NCBI RefSeq assembly: GCF_018977255.1
Contig: NW_024704743.1
Location: 105,898,001-105,962,000 of the forward strand
DNA from: Callorhinchus milii
Taxonomy: Eukaryota
Reading direction: 5' to 3'
Length of the DNA: 64,000 bases
Part shown: in pieces, positions 24,336 to 36,623 of the stretch
How the letters are laid out: each line of letters starts with the position of its first letter
Numbering within the stretch: the first letter of the stretch is position 1
Made by a program: the position numbers and the translations under genes
Notes under the pieces: generated by a model
What the model was told of the DNA's origin: nothing
Databases searched by the model: none
What the model saw: only the letters and a program-made list of their open reading frames with translations

Positions 24336-25049
24336 CCTCGTCTCTGTTCAGATGGACATTAAAGAACCCATGGCACTATTTGAAATGAAAAGAGAATTTC
24401 TTCCGGTGTTCTGGCTGACAATTCCCCCATAGAAAATGTGATTGTTTTGTGTCCTTACTAACTTGTCATTTAATGATAGGTGGAGTTGAGTGGCTGAATG
24501 TCAGAAGAGCAACTTCTTTCTCCAGCCTTTGCAGAACTGAATTGGTGCAAACCTGGAGTTCAACATAGACAAGAGAATTAGCTATTTAATTTCCAGTTGC
24601 TACAACAGTTTTTTTCAACCTCAACATTTTTGGGCTTTTAAAATTATTGTTTAGTCCATGATCCGGCAAAGAAGCCGGAAATCCATGTGAACCTTTTTCT
24701 TGATGAACCTGGCGAAAGAGTAAGAGTCACAGGTTGCAAAGTGGAGTGATTGAGCAAAACTCAGCACTTCATAAGGTGGAAAGGACCATCCTTGTGCAAA
24801 TGGTTTACTTCATTATTGCTTTAATATGTCACATGATTGATCAGCTGTGTTGAGGAGATTAAATTCACCAAAGTGTTTGGTCATCAAGTAAGAAGGTTGA
24901 TAAAGTCATTTTTATCAGCTGGTTGCCCTCCACACTTTGATTAGTGTCATAAACAGTAGTCAACTTGAATACTGAAACACCAACCCTTTGAGAAATCTTG
25001 CTTAACTATTTGTTGGTCAGAGTATATCATCAACAACAACAACTTGCAT

Positions 25050-25215
25050 CAAAATCAATGTATTTAAGAAAAAACTTGATGCATATGTGAGGAAAAGAGA
25101 ATACAGGAGCGCAGCTGAGGGGAATTGGAGGAAGGGTGACTCCTGTGGAATATAAACACTGGCATGGACTAGACGGGCCTAATTGTCTGCTTCCATGCCA
25201 TATAATTCCATATAT
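25050..25215 (+). mobile_element. CR1 3' end
   Basis: gtatttaag..cttgatgcatatg; tataaacactggcatggactagacgggcc, similar to 3840-3900. Confidence 0.7.
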
Positions 25216-25224
25216 ACTCAACCT

Positions 25225-25960
25225 TCATGGCCTAATCCTCAGACATGCCGAACCAATGTGCAACCTAGGTGTCAGGTTCAACCCACCGCTTTTCTTTCCC
25301 CACATCCGGTTGCTAACCAGGACCACTTTCCTCCACCTCCACCACATTGCCCACTTCTGACCGTACCTTACCCCAGACGCAGATGAAACACTCGTCCATG
25401 CGTTTATCACCTCCTGACTGGACTTCTCAAATGCCCTCTTTGCCGGTCTCCGCAGCTCCACTATACAGGAAACAACTGATCCAAAACTCCGCTGCTCACA
25501 CACTCACCCATTCTAAACTCCATACCCCATCACATCAGTTCTAGCAAGCTCCACCAGCTTCCCATCACCGAACGGGTTGATTTCAAGATCCTCACACTCA
25601 TTTTCAAATACCTTCATACTCTGGCACCTCCCTACCTCTCCGACCTACTTATCCCCAACCCACAATCCATTTCCTCCACTTGACTAGCTCCAGCCTTCTG
25701 TATGTCCCCCGTGCTCTCCATTCCACCATTGGTGGCCACACTTTCAGCCACTATGCCCCCAAACTCTTGAACAATCTTCCCCTATCCCTCTGTCTTGCCC
25801 CTTCCTTCCCCATTTTCAGGTCGCATCTCAAGACCTTCCTATTTGATCGTGCCTACAGTCATCTCCCCTGCGGCTGGCTCGGAGACGTGCTCCGCCACTG
25901 TCAAGCGCTCTGGGATGCTACCCTGCATAAGGGGCACTAAATAAATGCAAGTTGTTGTTG
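25225..25960 (+). mobile_element. L2 LINE 3' fragment
   Basis: NLGVRFNP, FKIL, IGGHTFSHYAPKL, FRSHLKTFLFDRAY; (gtt)n tail. Confidence 0.9.
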
Positions 25961-26339
25961 TATGATTTGCCCTTTAAATGCATAACCCTATAAAAGCATT
26001 ACTTCATCATTGCTTTAATACGTCACGTGACTGATCAGCTTCATTGAGAAGATTAAATTCACCCAATTGTTTGGTCAACAAGTATAATTAGCCTTTTAAA
26101 AGCATAATCAAATCAGAATAAGAAAAGCCTGTTAATTCCAACAACAACAACAAGATTACATTTGTACAGCGCCTTCCACGTCGGGAGGACGTCCCAAGGC
26201 ACTGAGGCCTACAATTTCACCCATCTCAGCCTGTAAAATGATGATTTTTTCTTAAAATTTCAGCTTGCCCAGAATTTTTCCATAGTTCTTAAAAAGTACC
26301 CTGATTTCTCAGAACCCTTCTGATCTACTTTGAAAACCT

Positions 26340-26590
26340 ACCCCTTTGTCTGCTCTCAGTCAACTTCTTCTACCTTCTTGGCTCTGGAACTCCCTTCCTC
26401 ACTCCCTTTGCCTCATCCCCTTTCTTCCCACTTTCAGATCTCGGCTAAAGACCTTTCTTTTCGACCGCGCCTTTGGTCACCTTCTTCGCCTTCCTCCTGG
26501 CTTGGCCCCGGGATCCGTTATTGTGAAGCATTCTGAGACCCCATCCGGCGTGGAGGGCGCTATATAAATCCAAGTTGTTGTTGTTGTTGT
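26340..26590 (+). mobile_element. L2 3' end
   Basis: LWNSLP..FRSRLKTFLFDRAFGHL; (gtt)n tail. Confidence 0.88.
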
Positions 26591-27949
26591 TCTTATTTCC
26601 CTGTTTCTCTGTTTTCCGCTTCGTCTCTACGAGATGTTGTAATATGTGAAAACGTTACAGAGGTCCAATTTGTTGTTGTTGTACAAACAATCACAGGCAA
26701 TGTCCTCTATGGCATAACTCAGACACAGGCTCTTTAGGTAGGGAACCAGAAGGTGACTTGTGTCTGTGGATCTGTACCACAGGGCATGCCTTCAGGAGAG
26801 GAGCAGAGGAAAAAGAGCAGAGAGAGAGAAAATACATAAGCAGAGCCAAGAGAAAGTTAAAATATTGTTTTGTTTAACTTGTGAGAGTGATTTTAGAGCA
26901 TGTTACTTAAGTGGATAGACTGGGCTTTAGTTAATAATGTATGCAATATACAATAGTAAGATGTGGATAGTAATGTCTCCTTGGCAAAGGAAATGGAATT
27001 TAATTAGCACTCAGGGGCATGAGGAACAGAATTCCTACAATAATCCTGTCATCAACTATTTTACTGCTGATGAGTTTAAAATAGTTCCCCCTGAGTCCAG
27101 TATGAATACAATTTTGCTGCCTGCGTTCAAGTGAGAAGTCATAAAGTCTGGAGTTGTGGCCAGATTTCCTCTGCAAGGTGAGGTGTGGTCTTCATTAAGT
27201 GTATGGGGCTGTGTGGAAGGGACACACCTTGTGAGCAAGAGAGCCAGAAGCTGGAAGACAGCCAAGGAGTCCGACGCCAGGCTCAGCACTCTTGATGGTG
27301 GGAGAGGTCACTCAGCCTGGTTGTACAATGGGATTATCTGAGTCCAGTGACTGCAGCAGAAACTCTGAATGCTTCCTGTCCTCATGACCGTAGTATAAGT
27401 GTCCAGCTTTCAGTCATCCTGGCAAGCATTTAGTCGCCACAGAATGTCTGATGGTCGGGAAAGGAAAATATTCCAGTTTCTTGGGAATTCCACAATTCAC
27501 CGCTCAACTTTTTCAAACTAAAATACTTTGCTGTAGTTTCAATCCTGTTGGAAAATAACTGATTTTTTTTTAGTTTAGAAATTATAGAAAGTTTTTTTTA
27601 TAATAGGCTGTTTTTTTTTCTCCCTCCACTTTTCTCCCATTCACTGTACCATGCAGCAGGGCTCTTCAAGCACTTTCACCAAGCAAATGTTCTTGACCCT
27701 AAACAGTAATTTTTCCCCGTTGTTTGAATCCCTGTTCTCACCCTCTTTCCGCACAGTCACTTTTCAACAGAGTACATGGTGATCAGGGAAGGAAATACGT
27801 GAATGATACACAGAAACGAGGACGATTGACCCTAACTGGTCCATGCTGATGTTTAGACTCCACACGAGCTCCCACCTTATTCTCCTCTCCAATACCCCTC
27901 CCAACTTGAAAGACATTACGCAATTGTAAATTGTATTGTATAAATATTG

Positions 27950-28125
27950 ACTGAACCCTGGCTAATTTTTTCCCTCTTTGAACCAGGATACTAGCACTTA
28001 TTGTACTCCCACCCTCAACAATTGGTTTAATACATCTTCAGCTGAGATTAGCTCACTCAGCACAGACCGGGGATCGAAACTGTGAACTTCCTGTTCTGAT
28101 ACAGTTCTATACTGGGAGTGCATTT
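27950..28125 (-). mobile_element. LF-SINE-like 5' portion
   Basis: ccctggctaattttttccc, cagctgagattagctcactcagcacagaccggggatcgaa (reverse complement of tRNA-like head with B box). Confidence 0.6.
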
Positions 28126-28299
28126 TACAAAATCCCTGGTCATTTTTTTAACTGTAGAAAATAATTCAATGCCAATTGAGCAAAGTGTTGATTGCTTGAT
28201 AGTTAATGAAAGCATCCAAAGTTCAGGTCCCACCGCTGCCGTCACAAGTCTGACCTGATTAACTCAAATAGTTTTATCAGTATTTGTGTCTTATCTGTC

Positions 28300-28600
28300 A
28301 GAGTCCTTCTCTCTCTCCCAGATCTTGCCCACTGTCCATTTATCTTCCCCCCATATACATCATATAGTGTCATTCACTTCCCTTGCTCCCCCTCAACATG
28401 CACCACAAACCCCCAGCACACACAGAACCCTTCACTCTCACACTCTCTCTCTATTTCTCTAGTTCTGTTTTTCTCTCAGTCTCCCTTTGTCTGTTTGTTT
28501 CTCCCGGTGTCTGTTTCTGTTTATCTTTCTCTCTCTCTGTCTGAGTCCTATCTGAGTCTCCATCTGTCCATCTATCTATCTGCTTGCCTGCCTGCCAGTA
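28300..28600. repeat. Degenerate (TC)/(TCTG)/(TCTA)-rich low-complexity tract
   Basis: Pyrimidine-rich simple repeats visible directly. Confidence 0.75.
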
Positions 28601-28829
28601 TCTGCCGGTCTGACTGGGATTATGGGTCACTGAGGAAGGGGAATGGGGAAAAAGAGGACCAAGATGAGCTTTAAAAGTGGGGAGGGAGGGAGGGAGGGAG
28701 GAGGGGCAAAGAATTTGGGACAGAGTTCCAGAGAGCGGGGGCAGAATGGTTGAAACCTCTTCCACTGATGAGAGAGAAAAGTTGGAGAGAGAAAATATGT
28801 GAAAGTGCATAAAATGGAACATCAAGAAG

Positions 28830-28953
28830 CTTCTTTTTGACCGCGCCTTTGGTCACCTTCCTCCCCCGGCTCGGGCCCGGGATCCGTTACTGTGAAGGGC
28901 ACTGAGACGCCCTCCGGCGTGGAGAGCGCTACATAAATCCAAGTTGTTGTTGT
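28830..28953 (+). mobile_element. L2 3' tail
   Basis: tttgaccgcgcctttggtcacc..gggatccgtta..(gtt)n; same subfamily as 26455-26590. Confidence 0.85.
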
Positions 28954-28984
28954 TTCCAGACACAAATCCTCTCACACAAATATT

Positions 28985-29190
28985 TGATAATAATAATAAT
29001 CCTTGCATTTTACAGCGCTTTATCACGTGTCTCAGATGTCTCAAAGCACTTCACAGGATACGCTGTAAATTGGATTGACTGTGCATTTTGTGGGTGAAAC
29101 GCGGTAGCTAGTTGCACACAGCAGTGTCCGACAAAAAGTTGTGGAGTCACTGACCAATTTTATCTTGTGGATTGTTGGCCAGGACACGGG
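28985..29190 (-). mobile_element. Deu-domain SINE 3' half
   Basis: (taa)n-ccttgcattt tail and ttgttggccaggacac core. Confidence 0.75.
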
Positions 29191-29299
29191 AGAGACAGAC
29201 AGAGAGAGAACCTCCCTTCAAGTGGAAATAACAGCAAGAGATGATTGAGAGACACTAGACATCCCCAGTATTATCAATCCTTAGACTCTCAGCCATGGC

Positions 29300-29600
29300 T
29301 GCATGAATTTGGCCAAAGACCTTTCCAGGGATAGGGAGGGAAAAACTAGTCAGGGTCTCTGCTCCTGTTCCCTCATCAGCACCATGTATTGTTGCTTCTA
29401 ATGAAGAGAAAAATCAGACTCGGCTGTGATGTTTTCTACTGTCGCGTGTTTTGCCAACACTCATTGCCAAAGCTCACACATGAACAATGGCCACTTGGGT
29501 GGCTACCGAGGGTAACCAGCGCCCATGGGACCACACCCCCTCGGGAGGAGGTCAGACCAGGAGTAGAGAGGCGTATGCCAGGAGGGAGAGAATTAGAAAC
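29300..29600 (+). mobile_element. LF-SINE-like element
   Basis: agggagggaaaaa..cagggtctctgctcctg, ctcggctgtgatg, gctcacacatgaacaatggccacttggg. Confidence 0.72.
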
Positions 29601-29693
29601 ATAATTGGACAAAATAATTATCTTTTTAAATCATTATACTCCAAGCAGCTCTCTGAGACTCCTGTCTCCTATTAGCTCTTTATACTTTCAGCT

Positions 29694-30540
29694 CAACAAC
29701 AACAACAACAACAAGATTACATTTGTATAGCGCCTTTCACGTCGGGAAGACGTCCCAAGGCACTGGACAGAGTACAGCATTTCAGACCCGAGCTGGGGTC
29801 AGGGAGGGGAAGGGAGGGGAGGGGAAGGGGAGTGGCCGATGGCATGGGCGAAGAGAAGGGTCTTGAGGCGGGGCTTGAAGGAGGCTAAGGAGGAGGCGAG
29901 GCGGAATGGCTGAAGGCTCGCCCGCCCAATGGTGTGGTGGGTGGATCTGGGGACGTGGAGCAGGCCAGAGCCGGCTGAGTGGAGGGAATGGTCAGGTTGG
30001 TAGGGGGTTAGGAGGTCACAGAGGTGGGATGCGGCGAAGCCATGGAGGGCTTTGCATGTGAGGACCAGGAGCTTGAACTGGATCCTCTGAAGGATAGAGA
30101 GCCAATGGAGTCGGGCGAGAGTGGGTGAGATGGGGTCACGGAGTTTGGTGCGGGAGAGGACATGGGCTGCAGAGTTCTGTATTATCTGCAGCCTGTAGAG
30201 GGAGGAGTTGGGAAGGCATATTCAAGCCTGGAGGTGATGAAGGCACAAACAAGAGTTTCAGTGGCCTGAGGGGTGAGGTAGTGGCGAAGTCGGGCAATGT
30301 TACGGAGGTGAGGGAAGGCAGAGCGGGTCATGCCTTGAATGTTGGGGAGAAAAGGCAGTTGAGGGTCAAACAAGACATCTGGGTTCCTGACTGGCTTGGT
30401 GAGTTGTAGTGTACAACCATGGAGGTTGATGCTGCCAGAGCCTGAGGTGCTGAGGCGCTGGCGCGAGCCAATCAGGAGGGCCTCAGTCTTGATCACAGTC
30501 AACTGTAGGAAATTTGCCCTCATCCAGGACTTGATCCAAC
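29694..30540 (-). mobile_element. L2 LINE 3' fragment
   Basis: ORF 30182-30523: NFLQL..KTEALLIG..VLFDPQL..HLRNIARLRHYL; (caa)n at 29694. Confidence 0.92.
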
Positions 30541-30705
30541 CTCAAACCACACCAGCTATATCATTCCAATTATTTAGCTGCTCATCTCAATCTCAAATTG
30601 GCTCGCACGTTTTCCTACATAATGGCCTTGATTTCAGATCTAATTAATCTCATCCTATTAAGTACCATGAGATGCTCTGTTTCATGAAAAGCCCTGTATA
30701 TAGGT

Positions 30706-31125
30706 GTCAGCCTTGCTCAGTTGGTAACACTCTCATCTTGAGTCAGAATGTTGTGGGCTCAAATCCCATGTTGGGATATTGCACTCACCTAGTGCTAGAT
30801 TGACACTCTGATGCAATGCTGGGGGTGTTCTGCATTGTTAGTGGTGGCATCCTTTGGATCAGACATTAAACTTTCAGATGAACGTTAAAGATCCCATGGC
30901 ACTATTCAAAAAAAGAAGGAAGTTTCAACTGGATTTCTGGCCAACAAGATGCCAAATAAAATTAGTCATTAATTTCATGGCTGTTTGTGGGACATTGCTG
31001 TACACAAATTAGTTCCCGCATTTACCTACAAAATATTCAGTCACTACACTTCATGGTGAATCTGTGAAGTGCTTTGAGACATCCTCCTCATCTGAAAGTT
31101 TCTGTATCAAATGTAAACTTATAAT
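30706..31125 (+). mobile_element. Deu-domain SINE (SacSINE1-like), near full length
   Basis: gtcagccttgctcagttggt head, gagtcagaa, gttaaagatcccatggcactattc core, gctgtttgtgggacattgctgt. Confidence 0.82.
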
Positions 31126-32365
31126 TAATTTTACTTCATTAATTGCAACGGTAAATTACATATTAATATTTTGCAAGATGAGTGTTACCAACTGAAATAT
31201 GCAGTCAATTTCCTTTACAGTATATTCTGTGAAGCGCTTTGAGACGTCTCAACAACTTGGTAAGTGCTATATCAAATGCAAGGAGTATTATTAATACTAA
31301 ACTACTATAATAAATGTTAAAAGTTAAATATATTACATGCAAATTATAAATAGCACTTTTCAATGCTTTATTTTATTTTCTAACTATTTTTAGCTTTAAA
31401 GTTTGTTTCTTATTTTTCTTCTTCAACCTTCCAGCTCCCATTTTGGAAAGTGGGAGCAACTTGTTGTTTCAATAAAGAAAATAGGAACACAGTTTTCTGT
31501 CAGCAAAGCTGCTTAATATTTAGCGAAACATAAAAAGATCTAAAATATCCTACTTCTGCCCTCATTGAAAGCAACATTCAATGTGCATTGTTAATATTCC
31601 CTTTCTCCCTCAGCAGAGGCCTGCCAAGGTGAGATAGCTTCAATCAGAAGCAGAGTGATTATTGGCATTAATACAGCTTTTATACAACAGCACAGAATGC
31701 TGACACCAAACTGAAGACACTGACCATCCGGTTTTGCTTTTCCTGTACCTGATGTTTTTTCTTTATGTTCGCACACAATTTGTCTCATAATAATAATAAT
31801 CCCTGCATTTGATTTAGCACCTTATCACATCTTCGAGATGTCTTAAAACACTTCACACGATATGCTGTAAAGTGAATTGACTGTATTTTGTAGGCAAAAC
31901 ACAGCAGCTGAAGGGTAAGTGGGCACTTGTAATGCAGTGCTTTGCCGCAAATGTGTACAATGTTCCTGCAATCTGATGCTCATCTGGCAACTACCCCCTT
32001 TCACTCTGGAGACGGACCCAACTCACTGCGGAGGCAACAGGAGGTTCAACTACAAAAACGGTCTGGAACTACGCAGTGCCAGAGAATGCACAGCCAACTT
32101 ACATTACAGGTTATTTGAAGGAGCAGGTCTTGCCTGTACAGGCAAATCCATCTAAAGAGATGTTAGATATATGACTGCCAAGACCTTTTGGATTCTCAAG
32201 CATTGTTTTAATTGTGAGCCTTCAAAGCCGTCAGAGGGGACTCTTTAATTCGTTGTCTTTAGATTACAAATCAGGGTCTCTGGAAATAAAGACGAAAGGT
32301 AACATTTAAAGCCATTGTGTTCAACCATCAAACAATAGGCAGTCGTTTAAATATATATAGTAGCA

Positions 32366-32515
32366 TGGGAACACCCCTGTGGTGTGCAAAGCATTCCCTT
32401 TATTGAGTTTGTCTTATTCCTCAAAGAGCTGTAAAGGTAGTGCAGTGGGAACACCCCTGTGGTGTACAAAGCATTCCCATTAGTGGGTTTGTCCTTTACT
32501 CAAACAACAGTAAAG
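32366..32515 (+). repeat. Two-copy tandem repeat, 80-bp period
   Basis: tgggaacacccctgtggtgt(g/a)caaagcattccc..gtaaag at 32366 and 32446. Confidence 0.92.
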
Positions 32516-32821
32516 ATATATGTACTGCTGCCAATTAACACATTTGTATGTTTTGCTGTGCTGTACTGTGCTGTACTGTGAACTTCATTTGCCCTTTAGG
32601 ATTCCTAAGAATATGAAGATACAATGCTTTAAAGTAGAAATATTTCGCCTCATCCTAAAAATTCTCAGCAAAAAAGTCACGTTGCTTTGTTAATGTGATT
32701 TGTTGTTAATATTATTAAATAATAAGAATCATTGCATTTCATACAGAAATTTTCTTATTTGGAGGACTTCTTAAAATGCTACAAAGTATTTACTATCAAA
32801 TGCAATAAATGTGTGTATTTC

Positions 32822-33155
32822 ATAATAATATGCCTTGTATTTAATATAGTGCCTTATCATGTCTTCGAGACATCTCAAAGTGTTTCACAGAATATACTGT
32901 AAAGTGAATTGACTATATTTTGTGGGTGAAACACGGCAGCCAATTGTGCACAGCAGTATCCCACAAACAATTAATGAAGTGAATCACCAATTTTATCTGC
33001 TGGATTGTTGGCTGAGATGCTGGACACTAGATCCCATGGCGCTATTCTCTTTTTGAATAGTGACATGGGATCTTTCACATCCACCTGAACAGGCATGAAT
33101 CCACAACCTTCAAACTCAAAGGTGAGAGTCCTACCAACTGAGACAAGCTGACATA
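32822..33155 (-). mobile_element. Deu-domain SINE, internally deleted
   Basis: (taa)n tail, ggcagccaattgtgcacagc, catgggatctttcacatccacctgaacaggc, head ccacaaccttc..accaactgag. Confidence 0.8.
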
Positions 33156-33884
33156 ATTAATTGAAAACAAACAATTGCAACACTGGTCAGAATTGTGTGA
33201 GGAATGAAATTCATCGAATGAATCTTCCCTCTCAAACGTGTAGAATGTCTGTCGAACAAAGAGTTTATGATCTTCCGTTTAAATAAACACTCCCATTGTC
33301 CCAGCTATTACCAATTATGGATTGTACTTCAGCAGATTAGTTTATGTCAGGATATGTGTACTGTTAGCTTGTGTACCCACAAAACTCAGCAGGTCTGGTT
33401 TCACCTGTGAATGTGTCACTGGGATACATAGCTAAAAGATGAACTGGGCCCTGAGGAACCAATACAAATGATTGTTGTCCAGTATTTCAATGCAAGAACA
33501 TATACTGGCAGAATGGAAATAGGAACTCTGCTTTGAAGTCATTAGTAATGGTTAATGAAGCATGTGGTTAATTATATAATCCCAGTGGAAGTGTGCCAGA
33601 TTAGTGACCTTTGACTCCTGTTAAACAGAAAGAAGTACTTTTTGCTTTTTGGTTTTCCTGGAACCACAAACTTTTTATTTATTCTTGTCTTTTTAAAAAC
33701 TTTATTCCCTCTCCCATTTTTTTCTGTTTTATTTTTCTTTCCCTCTAGTTCTTAGTTTTAATGCTATTTTTGTATCAATCTGTTTATTTTGTATTATTAT
33801 CCCTACAAAATGCACAGTCAGTGCACTTTACAGTAAATCCTGTGAAGCACTTTGAGATGTCCTCTCAATATGAAAGGTTCTTAT

Positions 33885-34915
33885 ATCATAAGAACATAAC
33901 AAATGCTAGACAAAAAAAAGGGCAAGGTCCATCTAGTTTGCCTTCCACCTTCCTGACGACCGCAAGCACATATGTCCCGAACTACCTATGTAGTATATCC
34001 CATAATGTTATTTCCTAAAACAAAACTATCTAATCTGTTTTTGAAGGAATCAACATTTCCTGCTTCAACCGTCTCCCTAGGGAGCCTGTTCCACGGGTTC
34101 ACTATTCGCTCACTGTAATAGTGTGCCTGTAGATACGTTTTGAAGTTACCCCCTTCAATCGCAGGCCGTGTCCTCTGATTTTACTATTCTGGACAAATTG
34201 AAACAGCCTGTCATGATCTATATTATCAAGCCCCTTTAGAATCTTAAAGACAGCAATTATGTCACCTCTCAATCTTCTTTTTTCCAGCATGAACAAGACC
34301 AATTTACTTAGTCACTCCTCATAGTCCAGTCCCTCCATTCCCTCAATTTGTCCTCCTCTGTATCCTCTTGATTTCTCCCATATCCTTTTTGTACTGTGGT
34401 GACCAGAACTGTACACTGTACTCTAAGTACAGTCTCATCAATGATTTATACAGTGGCAGGATTACCCCACTATTTAGGTTTGCTATTGATCTTTTGATAC
34501 ATCCTAACATCTAGTTTGCTTTATTCACTGCCACGGAATATTGTTGTGAGAACTTCAATTTAATATCAATCAGGAACCCAAGGTCCTTTTCATTTTCCAC
34601 ATATATAATAATAGTCTCTTCCTGGATTTTATGTCCCTATGTGAAGTACTTTACGTTTCTCCACATTGAATTTCATCTGACACTGGTCTGCCCAATTCTC
34701 AAGTATGTTTAAATGCTCTTGTAACCTATCTTGTTCAGCTTTGCAATCTTCCACCTTCATTAGTTTGGGGTCATCTACAAATTTAGCCACTGTGCTTGCT
34801 AGTTCCAGATCATTTATAAAAATATTAAACAAAAGAGGTCCCAAAGCAGACCCTTGTGGAATTCTACTGATAACATTTACCCAGGCTGATGACATTCCCC
34901 GTACTACCACCCTCT
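33885..34915 (-). mobile_element. CR1 LINE fragment including reverse-transcriptase core
   Basis: ORF 34629-34910: IPQGSALGPLLFNIFINDL..KFVDD..WAD..QMKFNVEK; ORF 34102-34302: LEKRRLRGDII.VFKI..RGH. Confidence 0.95.
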
Positions 34916-34974
34916 GGGTTATTCTGGGTTATTCTGGATCATACATCGTAAAATTATTATTATTATTATTGAGT

Positions 34975-35580
34975 CACATAAAGCAGCACAGCACAGAAAC
35001 AGGTCATTCGGACGAAGTAGCATTTATACTCTATAATAGCCCCCACCCCTCCTATTCTCTGCTCCTAAATCTCTCTAATCCCTTCTCCCTCAAGTAAGCA
35101 TCATGTTTTCTCTTAAATACATCGATGTTTTTGATCCAACCACAGCTTCCAGCAATGAGTTCCACATTCTCACCACCCTCTTTGCGAAGAAATTCCTCCT
35201 GAACTCTTCATTGGATCTATTAATGGCTACCCTATATTTATGCAGTCTTGTTTTGTACTTACCAACAAGTGAAAACAGGCTATCAATTAACACTTTATCA
35301 TAGAACCATAGAAAATTGCAGCACAGAAGAATGCTGTTCGGCCCATCATTCTATGCTGTCTGTTTTAAAAAACAATGCTTTCAGGCCCATTTACCTGCCA
35401 TTTCGCAATCTTAATCATCTCAATCAGGTCCTCTCTCATTTGTCTCATCCTTAGAGAGAAAAACTCTCACCTGTCTTATCTTTCTTGATATCTGTATCTT
35501 TTTATTCCTGGTAACATCCTTGTAAATCTATACTGCACGCTTTCCAATACTACAATATCCTTCCTGTAACATGGGGATCA
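34975..35580 (-). mobile_element. CR1 3' fragment with a second CR1 tail nested at ~35298-35400
   Basis: FRRNFFAKRVVRMWNSL; nested catagaaccatagaa..gcacagaa..ttcggcccatc tail. Confidence 0.85.
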
Positions 35581-35667
35581 TAACAACAACTTGCATTATA
35601 TATTGCCTTCATGCAGGGTAATGACTGGGAATGATTGTCTCGGAACTATGCACAGTAGAGTGCATCC

Positions 35668-35912
35668 TGATGTCTCAAAGCCCTTCACAGGACGTACTGT
35701 AAAGTGAATTGACTGTATATTTTGAATGGATTATTAACCCTGGAAAATGATCCACCAATCAACTAACAACTGGGCTCCTACTTCCTGCTAGGTAAACAGA
35801 GGCATGTGGAGTAAGGAACCTTCCCCAATGTTTCACCCTGCCTGGGAATCGAACCCAGCTCCAGGCGAGGGCTCTAACCACTGTGCTACACTTCTTAATC
35901 TGGAGTACTCCA
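35668..35912 (-). mobile_element. tRNA-derived SINE, long-spacer subfamily, degenerate
   Basis: ccaatcaactaacaactggg..ctaggtaaacagaggcatgtggagtaagg..gggaatcgaaccc. Confidence 0.8.
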
Positions 35913-36623
35913 CATGTGGTCTAACATTGCCGGAAATGGATCTTCATGTGGATGTTTGAAACCGGCATTGCAGAAAGAAAAGTTTTAGTATATGTGCCTG
36001 TTCCAATATAAATCTGAATTTTCCCCAAGTTTACAAAATGTTTTCAAGTTCAATTCCCGTTTGCTCCAATTTTCTTGTAATGATGGATTATGAAGTTTGA
36101 CCAGATTACTTCAAGGAGTGAATGGGGGGAGGGGGATACGGGGCAATTAGGCAGTAATTTACCCATTGTTTAATCACTTCCCTCCTTCAGGAGATTAAAT
36201 AGGTTCAGTACATAACAGGACAAATTGTACCTGGTATCAAAGGAGTGGCCTCGATGGGCTGAATGGCCTTATCTCAATGCATACCGCTCACCTACTACAC
36301 TGCGGCACACTGTGCTAATACAGTAATATACAACACCGCTAACTTAGAACAATGTGCCATTGGATTCCAGCAAATTTAAAAGTGATAATATGATTCACAA
36401 CTGTAAACTAATTCAAACAGTAGTTCCTCACCATAGAAACAAAATCGGCAGCCAGGTTGAATAGTATGAATAATGCAGTAGTGTTATTTTAACCCCGTTG
36501 TTATAATCCGCATAATGCGATACTGGCGGCCAGTTCTGGCTGTGCTTGGAAATGTGGTCCACTGCGTGTTGTTATAGCTGTACCATGTCATAATTCATCT
36601 CATGTTATGCAAATTTAGGGTCC

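Noticed and set aside
31919..32175. CpG-containing open frames as a coding exon
   Set aside because: No recognisable homology in any frame and no consistent splice-site pair
32366..32515. CRISPR-like repeat-spacer array
   Set aside because: Only two units, the 'spacers' are homologous to each other, the context is vertebrate and there are no cas genes
36599..36614. CTCATG + ATGCAAAT octamer as an immunoglobulin promoter
   Set aside because: No leader/V exon or RSS nearby on either strand; an 8-mer is expected by chance
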